DNA from: Bacteriovoracia bacterium
Lineage (GTDB): Bacteria > Bdellovibrionota > UBA1018 > CAIPTA01
Direction of reading: 5' to 3'
DNA: 64,000 nucleotides
Assembly: GCA_050246755.1 (NCBI GenBank)
Contig: JBFWVL010000001.1
Coordinates: 992,001-1,056,000 of the forward strand
Under the pieces are notes generated by a model. The model was not told the DNA's origin. It ran no database searches and saw only the letters and a program-made list of their open reading frames with translations. The first letter of the stretch is position 1, and the number at the start of each line of letters is the position of its first letter. The translations under genes and the position numbers were made by a program. Shown here in pieces: positions 35,839-47,963 of the stretch.

Positions 35839-37029
<1,191 letters not shown>

Positions 37030-37068
37030 GACTACTCCTAACCTATTTTTGGTTACAAAAATTCAAAT

Positions 37069-37144
<76 letters not shown>

Positions 37145-37185
37145 CCTTACGAGCCATCTAACAGATATCCAGCGGAACGATCCTA

Positions 37186-38689
37186 CCGGTAACTTATTAG
37201 AATTACAAAAGTTCGATTATCAAATATGCACGATTGTGGCAACCAGACATTTGCAGAACGGCCCACCGAAAAATAACGGTGAGCGTCATGCCTCGGATTA
37301 CTCTCTTGCCCCCGCCGGCAACAACAACCAGTAGGTGCCCGTAAGGCATTCCTTCGTAAGAAGATGGCCTCGGCAGAGCTGAGAATAGTACCCTTCACCA
37401 CGCTCCATGTTCAGGTACTGCGCATTAGACTTTAGGAAGTAAAGCGCCAAGAAGAGGAGCAAGGCCACCCTCAGCGAAAATCTAGCCTGAAAACGCCCCC
37501 AGATTATTGGTCCATAGAACCAGCATAAAAATAGAAAACTCACAACAAGCGCAAACTGGAAGTGCCGGTAGATCATAACCGGGTGACGAAAAAACCACCA
37601 ATATCCGTATCCCAAATTGAAGGCGGCATAGAGGGCGAGAATGGCCTTGTCGGATTTTTGCCAGCGACGGCCGAGCTGAAGCCATGAATCAAAAAAAACC
37701 AAAACTGGAGCAAACACGAAAAATAGAATTCGCACCTTCATTCCAATTGGGTAATTCACCCACTCAAAACCACTTAAGCTCAGCCGTTCCGCTAAAGAAT
37801 ATTTGACTCCCGAAAGGCCCGCTCCCCCTTGATGGGTCACAAAATAGAAAAGCTCCGCCGGCCAGCGCATGGCAGCGGTGAAATCCAGGCGCACGGTGAT
37901 GTAAGCCATCCAAATAAGCATCGGAAGAAAAAGCCCGACGAATGCCTTGAGAGCGGAGGCTGCCCCCGCCTTCAGACGTTGCTCGTGAAATATAACGTCC
38001 CAGGCCGGCGGCATAAATATTAGTAATAAGGCTCCGGGAAGAATTACCACCTTGCAGCCCCAAACTGCCGTTCCGAGCAGAAAACCGGCAAGGAGTGGTT
38101 GGCGCCTCAGGAGAAGAAAGGCAAAGGCATAGAATATGGCCCCCTGTATCTCTGCCAGATTTTGAAGAACGGTTTGCCAATTGGGAATTAGGAACAATAG
38201 AAACATCCACAGGAGAAACGTGGCTCTCAACAAACCAAAACGCCCAAGCATCTGTTTGGGAGAGGGAACGGCAAGGGCCAACAGCGCAAAAAATAATCCC
38301 AAATGCCATGCCAGCAACAGAAGACGCTGTAGAAAAAGGCTTCCGCCCAATACCCATACTAACCCGCTAATCCAGGTCAGGGGCAAACCGGAGGTTATTT
38401 CAGCATCGAATGGCTTCGAGAAACGAACGGCTGAATAAATACCAGTCTTCATGAAATGATAAGCGGCCGCGGAGTTATCCACCGTCTCGTCCACAAAGAA
38501 CCCGAGCTTCAGCGCCACTTGCACGCAAAAGGAAAGGCAAAGAGCAGCGGCTAAAATCCAAAGGATTGGTTCAAGCTGAGTTTGAATTTTTTTACTGCTC
38601 ATTTAGGTAGAAATGTCTGTTTGAACTGACGGGCGGGAAAACCAAGATCGGGCGCGCTCCAAATTTTAAAGAATGCTTTCCGGTAACTT
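37186..38689. mobile_element. 1.5-kb single-gene insertion flanked by CCGGTAACTT direct repeats (no integrase)
   Basis: Identical 10-mer at 37186-37195 and 38680-38689; the second copy is 7 nt from the tRNA-Gly CCA; interrupts the Gly-Thr spacer. Confidence 0.5.
37298..38602 (-). CDS. polytopic membrane protein, GT-C (ArnT/PMT-like) glycosyltransferase candidate
   Basis: About 10 hydrophobic segments; acidic DE pair (FVDETVD) in the first loop after TM1; FDAEITSG, LAE and late YRH segments resemble GT-C-type proteins by eye. Confidence 0.6.
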   Translation of the reverse strand: MSSKKIQTQLEPILWILAAALCLSFCVQVALKLGFFVDETVDNSAAAYHFMKTGIYSAVRFSKPFDAEITSGLPLTWISGLVWVLGGSLFLQRLLLLAWHLGLFFALLALAVPSPKQMLGRFGLLRATFLLWMFLLFLIPNWQTVLQNLAEIQGAIFYAFAFLLLRRQPLLAGFLLGTAVWGCKVVILPGALLLIFMPPAWDVIFHEQRLKAGAASALKAFVGLFLPMLIWMAYITVRLDFTAAMRWPAELFYFVTHQGGAGLSGVKYSLAERLSLSGFEWVNYPIGMKVRILFFVFAPVLVFFDSWLQLGRRWQKSDKAILALYAAFNLGYGYWWFFRHPVMIYRHFQFALVVSFLFLCWFYGPIIWGRFQARFSLRVALLLFLALYFLKSNAQYLNMERGEGYYSQLCRGHLLTKECLTGTYWLLLPAGARE

Positions 38690-38703
38690 TAAAATTTGGA
38701 GCG
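38655..38703. repeat. perfect 17-bp inverted repeat overlapping the tRNA-Gly 3' end
   Basis: CGCTCCAAATTTTAAAG (38655-38671) / CTTTAAAATTTGGAGCG (38687-38703), 15-nt loop. Confidence 0.9.
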
Positions 38704-38773
38704 GGAGACGGGTCTCGAACCCGCAACCCTCAGCTTGGAAGGCTGATACTCTAGCCAATTGAGCTACTCCCGC
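38697..38773 (-). tRNA. tRNA-Gly(TCC)
   Basis: GCGGGAG acceptor, loop CTTCCAA, encoded CCA. Confidence 0.97.
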
Positions 38774-38799
38774 CCACTATTGCGGACGGCAAATAAATT

Positions 38800-38885
<86 letters not shown>

Positions 38886-38919
38886 ACTTTGCTTTACCTG
38901 CCGATACACCTCAGAAAAC

Positions 38920-38996
38920 TGGAGCCGGTAGAGGGAATTGAACCCACGACCTGCGCTTTACAAAAGCGCTGCTCTAGCCAACTGAGCTACACCGGC
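38920..38996 (-). tRNA. tRNA-Thr(TGT)
   Basis: GCCGGTG acceptor, loop TTTGTAA, encoded CCA. Confidence 0.96.
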
Positions 38997-39036
38997 ATGC
39001 GTCGCTGAAGTCATTTGCTGTCGCAAACTGCTTAGC

Positions 39037-39064
39037 AATATAGTCGGCAGGTCAAATAATGCAA
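39037..39064 (-). promoter_or_regulatory. candidate sigma70 promoter of the tRNA-tuf operon
   Basis: TTGCAT-16nt-TATATT about 40 nt upstream of tRNA-Thr(TGT). Confidence 0.4.
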
Positions 39065-39110
39065 GAGTTCTCCTGAGCCAACCAAAGGCCGTGGAATTAT
39101 GGGCGGCGCG

Positions 39111-39884
39111 TTATCTCTTTTCAGCGTTCGCCCGGCTCTCCCGAACCAGCGCCAGAGATACGGCCGCGGCGGTGGCAGCATTCAAGGAAATTAAAGGGCC
39201 GTGACCTGGCAGGCTCACCATAAAATCGCAGGTTTTTTCGGTGAGCTGACGCACTCCGCTCTCCTCATTGCCGATCACAAGACCGATAGGAGAATCTAGA
39301 CGAGCGGTTCGAAATTGCTCTTTTGCATGCTCCGAAAGCCCCACGATCCAAAAACCCTCTTCCTTCGCCTCCTCCATGGCCTGAACCAGGTTCGAAACGC
39401 GAGCGATCGGGACGTGGATAAATCCACCGGAAGAAATCTTAATTGCGGCGGGAGTTAAAGGAGAAGAACGATTTTCGGTAACCACTAAGCCACTCACTCC
39501 AAAAAAAGCGGCCGAGCGGAGAATGGATCCTAGGTTTTGAGGATCAGTGATCGAGTCTAAATAAATTACAATTGGGTACTGCTCTCGTTCTTTTGCCGCC
39601 CGGATCATTTCCAAGTGGGAAATTGTTTCAATTTCACCCATCTCCGCAAAAATTCCCTGCGAAGACTCAAGCTCCACTGGGGTTCCCCCCGCTCGCTTGA
39701 AATCGGCCTCGAATCGGGCTTTATCCTTCTGAGAATAGGCATTCCAGGTGACTTTATTTTTTTGCGCCAGCGAACGGACGGAAATAGCGCGGTCGGCGGA
39801 ATTGCGGTCGAGGCAATGAATTGAGCGGATTTTGTATTTAGAATTAAGTAAGGCCTCTACGGCATGAAATCCGATGATGATCAT
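39111..39884 (-). CDS. rlmB: 23S rRNA (Gm2251) 2'-O-methyltransferase, TrmH/SPOUT family
   Basis: LDSITDPQNLGSILRSA, GNEESG, SLNAATA. Confidence 0.88.
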   Translation of the reverse strand: MIIIGFHAVEALLNSKYKIRSIHCLDRNSADRAISVRSLAQKNKVTWNAYSQKDKARFEADFKRAGGTPVELESSQGIFAEMGEIETISHLEMIRAAKEREQYPIVIYLDSITDPQNLGSILRSAAFFGVSGLVVTENRSSPLTPAAIKISSGGFIHVPIARVSNLVQAMEEAKEEGFWIVGLSEHAKEQFRTARLDSPIGLVIGNEESGVRQLTEKTCDFMVSLPGHGPLISLNAATAAAVSLALVRESRANAEKR

Positions 39885-40585
39885 AGGTCGCGCAATATCC
39901 CTTCCAGCCTAGCCACTGGATCAGCCGCGGCGGTTATGGGCCGCCCAATCACGAGGCAATGAGCTCCCGCGGAAGCCGCCTCCCTGGGCGTGAGCGTACG
40001 CTTTTGGTCGTTAGCGCTGCTTCCGACGGGACGAATGCCGGGAACCATGGTCTGAAAGTCCTTGCCGGCGAGGGCGCTCACCAAAGCAAGCTCCTGGGCC
40101 GAGCAAACCACTCCATCGAGCCCCGAAAGCTGGGCAAGCTCTACGAATTGCTTCACTTGGGCTGAGGCTGAACGAGGAAAACCAATTTCCTGGATACCCT
40201 TATCATCCAAGCTAGTAAGCACAGTTACTCCTAGCAGCGTGGGACGAGGGAGGGAAAGCTTTTGCGCCTCATCGGAGACGGCCTCAGCCGAAGCACGTAA
40301 CATTTCAGCTCCACCGCCACAGTGCACATTGAGGTACCCCACCCCCAAGCGAACCGCCGAACGCACGGCACCAGCGGCGGTATTGGGAATATCGTGAAAC
40401 TTTAGATCTAAGAAAACCTTCGCTCCGTGATCTACCAGCGATTGGATGAAGGAAGGTCCCGTGGCCACAAATAGCTCTAACCCTACTTTAAAATAGGGAT
40501 TCAACGGAGAAAGTTGGCGAAAAATGGCGAAGGCCGATGCGGCATCGGGGTAGTCGAGCGCAACGAAAACCTTCGGCTTGGTCAT
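39881..40585 (-). CDS. pyrF: orotidine-5'-phosphate decarboxylase
   Basis: VALD, FLDLKFHDIPNT, PGIRP, DQKR, GRPI. Confidence 0.98.
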   Translation of the reverse strand: MTKPKVFVALDYPDAASAFAIFRQLSPLNPYFKVGLELFVATGPSFIQSLVDHGAKVFLDLKFHDIPNTAAGAVRSAVRLGVGYLNVHCGGGAEMLRASAEAVSDEAQKLSLPRPTLLGVTVLTSLDDKGIQEIGFPRSASAQVKQFVELAQLSGLDGVVCSAQELALVSALAGKDFQTMVPGIRPVGSSANDQKRTLTPREAASAGAHCLVIGRPITAAADPVARLEGILRDL

Positions 40586-40586
40586 T

Positions 40587-42050
<1,464 letters not shown>

Positions 42051-43451
42051 TCAGCCTTCTTTCGCTTCACTGATTTTAAGAGCCTTTATCTTCCGATGCA
42101 AATGAGCTCGCTCGATGCCGAGCAACTGCGCCGTTCTTGAAATATTCCAATCATTTTCTTTGAGCTTGTGGATGATGAATTCACGCTCAAACTGATTTTT
42201 GGCTTCCTTCAGACCAGCGGAAAGCGCAAGCGGGATAACTGGTCCAGACTCCTCGGCGCCTTGGTCCTCGAGGGGAGCCTTAGCCACGGCGTCTAATATC
42301 TCGGCGGGAACGTCCTCGATGGCAATAGTTTCACCCCGGCACATAATGCTCAGCCGCTCCACTAGGTTGCGAAGCTCTCGCACGTTTCCGGGCCAAGAAT
42401 AGTGCTTCAGTATCTGCAAAGCATCTTCCGAAACCTTTTTCGCCTCCCTCCCCTGCTCGCGGGCGAAAGTTTCAAAATAATGCTTTAGCAGAGCAGAAAT
42501 ATCTTCCACGCGCTGACGCAATGGAGGAACGAGAATAGGTATAACGGCGAGGCGATAATAGAGATCTTCGCGGAATAAATTATTCTTGATCGCTTCCAGG
42601 AGATTTTTGTTAGTGGCCGCCACGACGCGCACGTCCACTTCGATAGTCTGATTTCCACCGACCCGCTCAAACTTCTGCTCTTGCAGGATACGAAGCACCT
42701 TCGCCTGGGTTTTTAAGCTCATATCGGCAATTTCATCGAGGAAAAGCGTGCCGCCATTGGCTTGGTCGAACTTACCGCGCTTCATCTGCGTGGCACCGGT
42801 GAATGAACCCTTTTCGTGCCCAAATAATTCACTCTCGATTAATTCTTCGGGGATCGCGGCACAGTTTACGGCCACGAAAGGCTCGTCTTTACGCCTGCTA
42901 CCGGAATGAATCGCCCGGGCAACCAGTTCCTTTCCGGTGCCGTTTTCTCCGGTGATCAGTACCCAGCTGGATAGCGGCGCGATCGTGGAGATCTGCTCCT
43001 TCAACGCCATCATGCGTGGAGAGCTTCCGATCATTTGTGGGGTTTTGAAAACTTCCGAGCGAAGGATTTTATTTTCCTTATTCAGCTCGGAAAACTGGAA
43101 CGCATTTCTCAGGGTGAGGAGCAGCTTCTCCAGCGAAAGAGGCTTTTCAATAAAATCATACGCGCCGAGCTTGGTGGCCTTTACCGCCGTCTCCACCGTA
43201 CCGTGGCCACTCATCACGATCACGAGCTGATCGGGAGTAATCGCGCGGATTCGCTTCAGGGTCTCGAGGCCGTCGATCCCGGGCATCCAGACGTCGAGAA
43301 GAACAGCGTCGAAGGAACCATTCGCCACGTAACCAAGCCCCTCTTCGCCCGACCCGGCAGTCATTACTTCAAAGGATTCGTCTCTCAATACGCCCGAAAT
43401 CGTGGAGCGGATGGAAGCTTCGTCGTCAATAATCAAAACATTACGGGCCAT
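42051..43451 (-). CDS. ntrX: sigma54-type response regulator, NtrX-like
   Basis: REC domain, GENGTGKE, ESELFGHEKGSFTGA, WPGNVREL, Fis HTH. Confidence 0.85.
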   Translation of the reverse strand: MARNVLIIDDEASIRSTISGVLRDESFEVMTAGSGEEGLGYVANGSFDAVLLDVWMPGIDGLETLKRIRAITPDQLVIVMSGHGTVETAVKATKLGAYDFIEKPLSLEKLLLTLRNAFQFSELNKENKILRSEVFKTPQMIGSSPRMMALKEQISTIAPLSSWVLITGENGTGKELVARAIHSGSRRKDEPFVAVNCAAIPEELIESELFGHEKGSFTGATQMKRGKFDQANGGTLFLDEIADMSLKTQAKVLRILQEQKFERVGGNQTIEVDVRVVAATNKNLLEAIKNNLFREDLYYRLAVIPILVPPLRQRVEDISALLKHYFETFAREQGREAKKVSEDALQILKHYSWPGNVRELRNLVERLSIMCRGETIAIEDVPAEILDAVAKAPLEDQGAEESGPVIPLALSAGLKEAKNQFEREFIIHKLKENDWNISRTAQLLGIERAHLHRKIKALKISEAKEG

Positions 43452-45714
43452 GCTGCAATACCTCTATCGCGCGACTCACCGGAAGCTCAATGGTAAAATA
43501 CGTACGGAATTTTCCATCTTGGCCGCTCGAGCTGGCACGGATATACCCGTCGTGGTCGTTAATTATGCGCTTCGCGATCGCCAAACCGAGGCCAGTACCC
43601 TCATTTTTGGTGGAAAAGTAAGGCTCGAATAGCATCGGAAGCACCTCTTCGGGAATCCCGGGCCCCGTGTCGGCAACCTGCATGACTACGATTCCAGTCT
43701 CGGGTCGGAATTCGGTGCGAATCTGAATCACACCTTCCTGCTCATTCATGGCCGCCACCGCATTATCCAGCAAATTCACCACTACCCGCTTAATTTGATC
43801 GCGATCAAAAGAAAATATCGGTACTCCGCTATCGGGAAGAAATTCAAACGTTATGTGGCGGTGCGCCTGCCGAAAAAGGCCGACGGCTTCTGCTAAAGCG
43901 GAATTCAATTCGTTCGGCATCGGATTGGCCGCCGGGAACCGAGCGAACTGGGAAAACTCATTCACCATTTCTTTAAGCTCATCCACCTGACTAATAATCG
44001 TGTCGGTGCACTCTTTAAAAATCTCGTTCTCATCAAGTCTTCCGAGGTAGCGCTTCTGCAAACGCTGGGCCGAAAGCTTGATGGGTGTAAGCGGGTTCTT
44101 AATTTCGTGGGCAATCCGACGAGCCACCTCACGCCAAGCCACCTCACGCTGAGCCTTAATGAGATGGGAGATATCGTCGAGCACGAGCACCAGGCCGAGG
44201 TAACGGCTATCGGCATCGTATAGCGGCGTAATGGTTACCAGTAGAGACAGAAGCCGCGAGTCCTTCGCCGTCATGTTCAGGTATTTAAAAATAGTTTCTT
44301 TGCCGCCAGCCGCTAGTACCTGCTGAATACTCAGATGTAGCTCGGAAAGAGATCCTACGAGCACCTCTTCCAGCCGCATCCCGATAATCTCTTCGCTTTT
44401 CACCCCGAGAAGATTCGCCGCCGACTTATTCATGGTGGTCACGGTAGAATCGGCACTCATGGAACAAACCCCGGCACTCACGTTTGCAAGAATCGCCTCG
44501 AGGTAGCGGCGCTTTTCCTGAAGCTCTTCGTTAGTGGAACGAAGGGTCGTATATGCCGACTGCAGGCGGTCGCGGTTCTCGCGCAGATCGGTGGTCATTT
44601 TATTAAAAGCGAGACTCACCGTGGCAATTTCATCGTGCCCGGGCACCTGAATTTCGACATCCAGGTTTCCGCTGCCCACCTCGCTCACCGCTTGGGCCAA
44701 ATATTCCAGCGGCATCGTCATTTGACGGGCCAGATAAAATCCCACCCAGATAGCCGCGAAAGTCACGAGAAGAGTGATCAAGATAAGAATAGTGAAATAG
44801 ATCGTCTTCACCGGGTATTTTAGCGGATTTACATCTCTAAAATCGGCGTAGGTAGAAGAGATTTCATCCACCTTATTCACGAGACTAACCGGTAAATGAT
44901 AACTAACCGCGAGGGCGCCTACAATTTTGCGGCTAGTAGCCGACTCCCTTAACGGCATTACGGACCTAAGCACGTCTCCAGTTCCCACGTGCTGCACCAG
45001 CGCGGCCTCCTCCCCGTCCAACGCGGCCTGAACCGTGGCAATCGGCAAGCGCGGAAATAGCTCCGGATTCAATTCGGAGCGCACCACGAGGGTTCGCGGA
45101 TCAAGGGGGTGCCAGTAAATCTCCACGGCGTCCAAGGCATACTTGCTACGCAGCTGATTTAAATCGCGGCCTATTCTCAAACGCCCATTCCTATCGTTGA
45201 GATTGGCGTGATCACTCACTTCGTCGCGAATTCTCTCGGCGAAATGCTGGGCGCTTTTCTGGGTGTTTTTATAATAAATATCGGTGATCTCGAGCGACGC
45301 CTGGAGCGTATTGCTCACCTTCACGCTGAACCATTTGTCGAAGGTGGAGTTAATATAAAAAGAAGAAATTAAAAAAAGCACCACCGTGGGAATGATGGAA
45401 AGACTGAGAAAGCTGAGCACCAACTTCGTTTTGAGCTTAGCCCCCAGCATTCCTTTGCGGCGCTCGAGGAAAAGTTTGGAAAGATTCCGGAAGATCAGGA
45501 AAACCAGAATCGCGAGCAAAATCAAATTGAGGTTGATGATCCCAAAAAAGAAAATCGAGTTAACAAAGGGAAGAGTGCTAGATGCACGCACCAATTTCAA
45601 CGCGAGATTCGAAAGCACCACGATCAAAATCAGCACGATTCCGATCGTGACAAGTTCGCGACGTCGCTTTCGCTTCTCGCTTTTATCTAGTGAAAAACCA
45701 CCCAAAATTGGCAC
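43441..45714 (-). CDS. ntrY: HAMP-PAS sensor histidine kinase, NtrY-like
   Basis: AWREVARRIAHEIKNPLTPIKLSAQRL signature; N, G1, F and G2 boxes. Confidence 0.9.
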   Translation of the reverse strand: MPILGGFSLDKSEKRKRRRELVTIGIVLILIVVLSNLALKLVRASSTLPFVNSIFFFGIINLNLILLAILVFLIFRNLSKLFLERRKGMLGAKLKTKLVLSFLSLSIIPTVVLFLISSFYINSTFDKWFSVKVSNTLQASLEITDIYYKNTQKSAQHFAERIRDEVSDHANLNDRNGRLRIGRDLNQLRSKYALDAVEIYWHPLDPRTLVVRSELNPELFPRLPIATVQAALDGEEAALVQHVGTGDVLRSVMPLRESATSRKIVGALAVSYHLPVSLVNKVDEISSTYADFRDVNPLKYPVKTIYFTILILITLLVTFAAIWVGFYLARQMTMPLEYLAQAVSEVGSGNLDVEIQVPGHDEIATVSLAFNKMTTDLRENRDRLQSAYTTLRSTNEELQEKRRYLEAILANVSAGVCSMSADSTVTTMNKSAANLLGVKSEEIIGMRLEEVLVGSLSELHLSIQQVLAAGGKETIFKYLNMTAKDSRLLSLLVTITPLYDADSRYLGLVLVLDDISHLIKAQREVAWREVARRIAHEIKNPLTPIKLSAQRLQKRYLGRLDENEIFKECTDTIISQVDELKEMVNEFSQFARFPAANPMPNELNSALAEAVGLFRQAHRHITFEFLPDSGVPIFSFDRDQIKRVVVNLLDNAVAAMNEQEGVIQIRTEFRPETGIVVMQVADTGPGIPEEVLPMLFEPYFSTKNEGTGLGLAIAKRIINDHDGYIRASSSGQDGKFRTYFTIELPVSRAIEVLQHGP

Positions 45715-45963
45715 AGCGCACTAACCTTAGCCCGGAACTAATCCTAGAACCAGTTTTCGGGGCAATTCATTTCATTTCACGGCCTAAATTTGACAGCCCG
45801 AGCCGAAAACGCCTATAAGTATGGCCAGAGATCCGTTTTTGACGAACCAAGTTTGGCCCCATTATTTGGCCGAATAACCAATAGTATAAACGAACGTTGA
45901 GTCGTGCGCATGCCTTAAGCGGCGTTAGCGGTTCTCCTTTCGAAATAGCAAAAGGGATCTCGT

Positions 45964-47742
45964 ATGCCATCAGAATTAGTCATTAACGCCACCTTGCCGG
46001 AAATCCGGGTGGCCCTCCTGGAAGATGGAGAAATCTCCGATCTTTCTATCGAGTACGAAAAAAACAAAAGCATCGTTGGTAACGTATACAAGGGCCGCAT
46101 CGTGCGCGTTCTTCCCGGCATGCAAGCCGCTTTCGTAGATATCGGACTCGAGCGAGCCGCGTTTCTTTACGTAGGCGATATCGTTTACGAAGCCGAGAGC
46201 GACGAAGAAGAGCCGGAAGAAATTCCCTCTACTCCCACTACCGCAGAGGGCGATATAGGCCCCGAGGCCGAGGAATCGACCAGCGAAAGCGGCTCCGAGC
46301 AGGAAGGCGAAGAAACCGTTGCGGCTGAAGGCGAAGAACAGCCTGCTGCGGAAGGTGAAGAAACCTCCCCCCGCCGCTCTTCCAACATGGGTCCTCGAGG
46401 ACGCGACCGCCAAAGCCGCGGACGTTCTGGCGGACGTGGACGCGGTGGACGCTCCAAACCAATGCGTCCACGCCTGAATATCCAGGACGTGGTGAAAGAA
46501 GGCCAAGACGTAGTGGTTCAGGTAGCGAAAGAGCCTATGGGAACCAAAGGCGCGCGCCTAACTTGTCATATTTCTCTACCCGGGCGTCACGTGGTGCTTA
46601 TGCCCACCGTGGATCACGTAGGAGTTTCGCGCAAAATTGAATCGAACGAAGAACGCCGCCGCCTGCGCCAGATCGTAGACGACCTGCGTCCACCGGGAAT
46701 GGGAATCATCGTACGTACGGTTGCCGCCGAGCAAACGAATGAGCAGCTCACGAACGAGATCAACTATCTCCTAAATCTCTGGGCCACAATTAAGCGCAAA
46801 ACGGAAACCCAGAAAGCTCCGGTTTGCTTAAACGAAGACCTCAACGTGGTTCTAAAAACCGTGCGAGATTTTTTCACGGACGACATTCACCGCCTCGTGG
46901 TGGATTCGCCCCGCGTGCATTCTTACGTGGTGGAGTTTGCCGAGCAGTTTGCACCTCACCTCGTGAACCGCGTAGTGAAGTATACCGGCAAAGATCCGAT
47001 CTTCGACGCTTATGGGATCGAGAGTGAAATTTCCCGCGCCTTGCTACGTAAAGTTTGGCTGAAAAGCGGCGGCTATTTGATCGTAGACCAAACGGAAGCG
47101 CTAACCGTGATCGACGTGAATACCGGAAAATTTACCGGCAAGAAAAACCTAGAAGAAACAATCTTCAAGACGAATATGGAAGCCGTGAAAGAAGTGGCTT
47201 ATCAGCTCCGCCTTCGTAACGTGGGCGGTATCATCATCGTCGATCTGATCGATATGGAAAAATCCGCTCACCGCGAAAAGGTATATCGCTCCTTTGAAGA
47301 CGCACTTAAAAAAGACAAAGCTAAAACGAATATCTTAAGGATCTCCGAACTTGGCCTTATCCAGATGACGAGAAAGCGTACCCGCGAATCACTCAATCAC
47401 GTACTCTGCGAGAGCTGCCCGTATTGCAATGGTAAAGGATTCACCAAGAACCTTCGTACTGTTTGCTACGACATCTTTCGCGAGCTCGAACGCGCCGCCC
47501 TCGAAGGCGGAACTGTAGGCGCCCGCGTAGTGGCTCACCCAGAAGTGGCTGACGCCTTGTTTCAGGATGAACGAGATACTCTTGATCGCCTCGAAGAACG
47601 CTTCAGCATGAAGGTTTCCATCCAGGGAGATCCGTCCCTGCATATAGAAGACTTCAAAGTTTCGGGGGAACGCTTAAGCCTATCAGGGATAAAAAAAGCT
47701 CCTGTGATTCCGGCCGCCCCCGCCTCCAATCCAGAAGCCTAA
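45964..47742 (+). CDS. Rne/Rng family ribonuclease (RNase G-sized) with a disordered S1 insert
   Basis: GNVYKGRI, QAAFVDIG, TEALTVIDVNTG, LRLRNVGGIIIVD, CPYC Zn-link. Confidence 0.95.
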   Translation: MPSELVINATLPEIRVALLEDGEISDLSIEYEKNKSIVGNVYKGRIVRVLPGMQAAFVDIGLERAAFLYVGDIVYEAESDEEEPEEIPSTPTTAEGDIGPEAEESTSESGSEQEGEETVAAEGEEQPAAEGEETSPRRSSNMGPRGRDRQSRGRSGGRGRGGRSKPMRPRLNIQDVVKEGQDVVVQVAKEPMGTKGARLTCHISLPGRHVVLMPTVDHVGVSRKIESNEERRRLRQIVDDLRPPGMGIIVRTVAAEQTNEQLTNEINYLLNLWATIKRKTETQKAPVCLNEDLNVVLKTVRDFFTDDIHRLVVDSPRVHSYVVEFAEQFAPHLVNRVVKYTGKDPIFDAYGIESEISRALLRKVWLKSGGYLIVDQTEALTVIDVNTGKFTGKKNLEETIFKTNMEAVKEVAYQLRLRNVGGIIIVDLIDMEKSAHREKVYRSFEDALKKDKAKTNILRISELGLIQMTRKRTRESLNHVLCESCPYCNGKGFTKNLRTVCYDIFRELERAALEGGTVGARVVAHPEVADALFQDERDTLDRLEERFSMKVSIQGDPSLHIEDFKVSGERLSLSGIKKAPVIPAAPASNPEA

Positions 47743-47763
47743 AAAACGCATTTATGCGAAGAA

Positions 47764-47799
47764 AGCCGTACTGGGAAAGCCCCGTACGGCTCTTTTTTT
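47764..47799 (+). terminator. intrinsic terminator after the RNase E/G gene
   Basis: AGCCGTAC...GTACGGCT stem followed by CTTTTTTT. Confidence 0.8.
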
Positions 47800-47811
47800 G
47801 TCCTTAAAATA

Positions 47812-47923
47812 TGTCTATTTTTTAGACAGATGTATGGCTCCCGGCGTGAGCAGCGCGCCAACCCTCAATAAAACGCCGTATAATCAAGGACTTATGGGCC
47901 GACGGCTTGGCCTTTTCCTTGCT
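47812..47923 (+). promoter_or_regulatory. sigma54 promoter with IHF site and palindromic upstream activator site
   Basis: TGTCTA-N5-TAGACA (47812-47828); AATCAA-GGAC-TTA, an exact WATCAANNNNTTR match (47882-47894); TTGGCCTTTTCCTTGCT with GG-N10-GC (47907-47923). Confidence 0.6.
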
Positions 47924-47963
47924 CTCCTACGAGTAGACCTTTTATTTTGTAGGAGCAGTTCGA

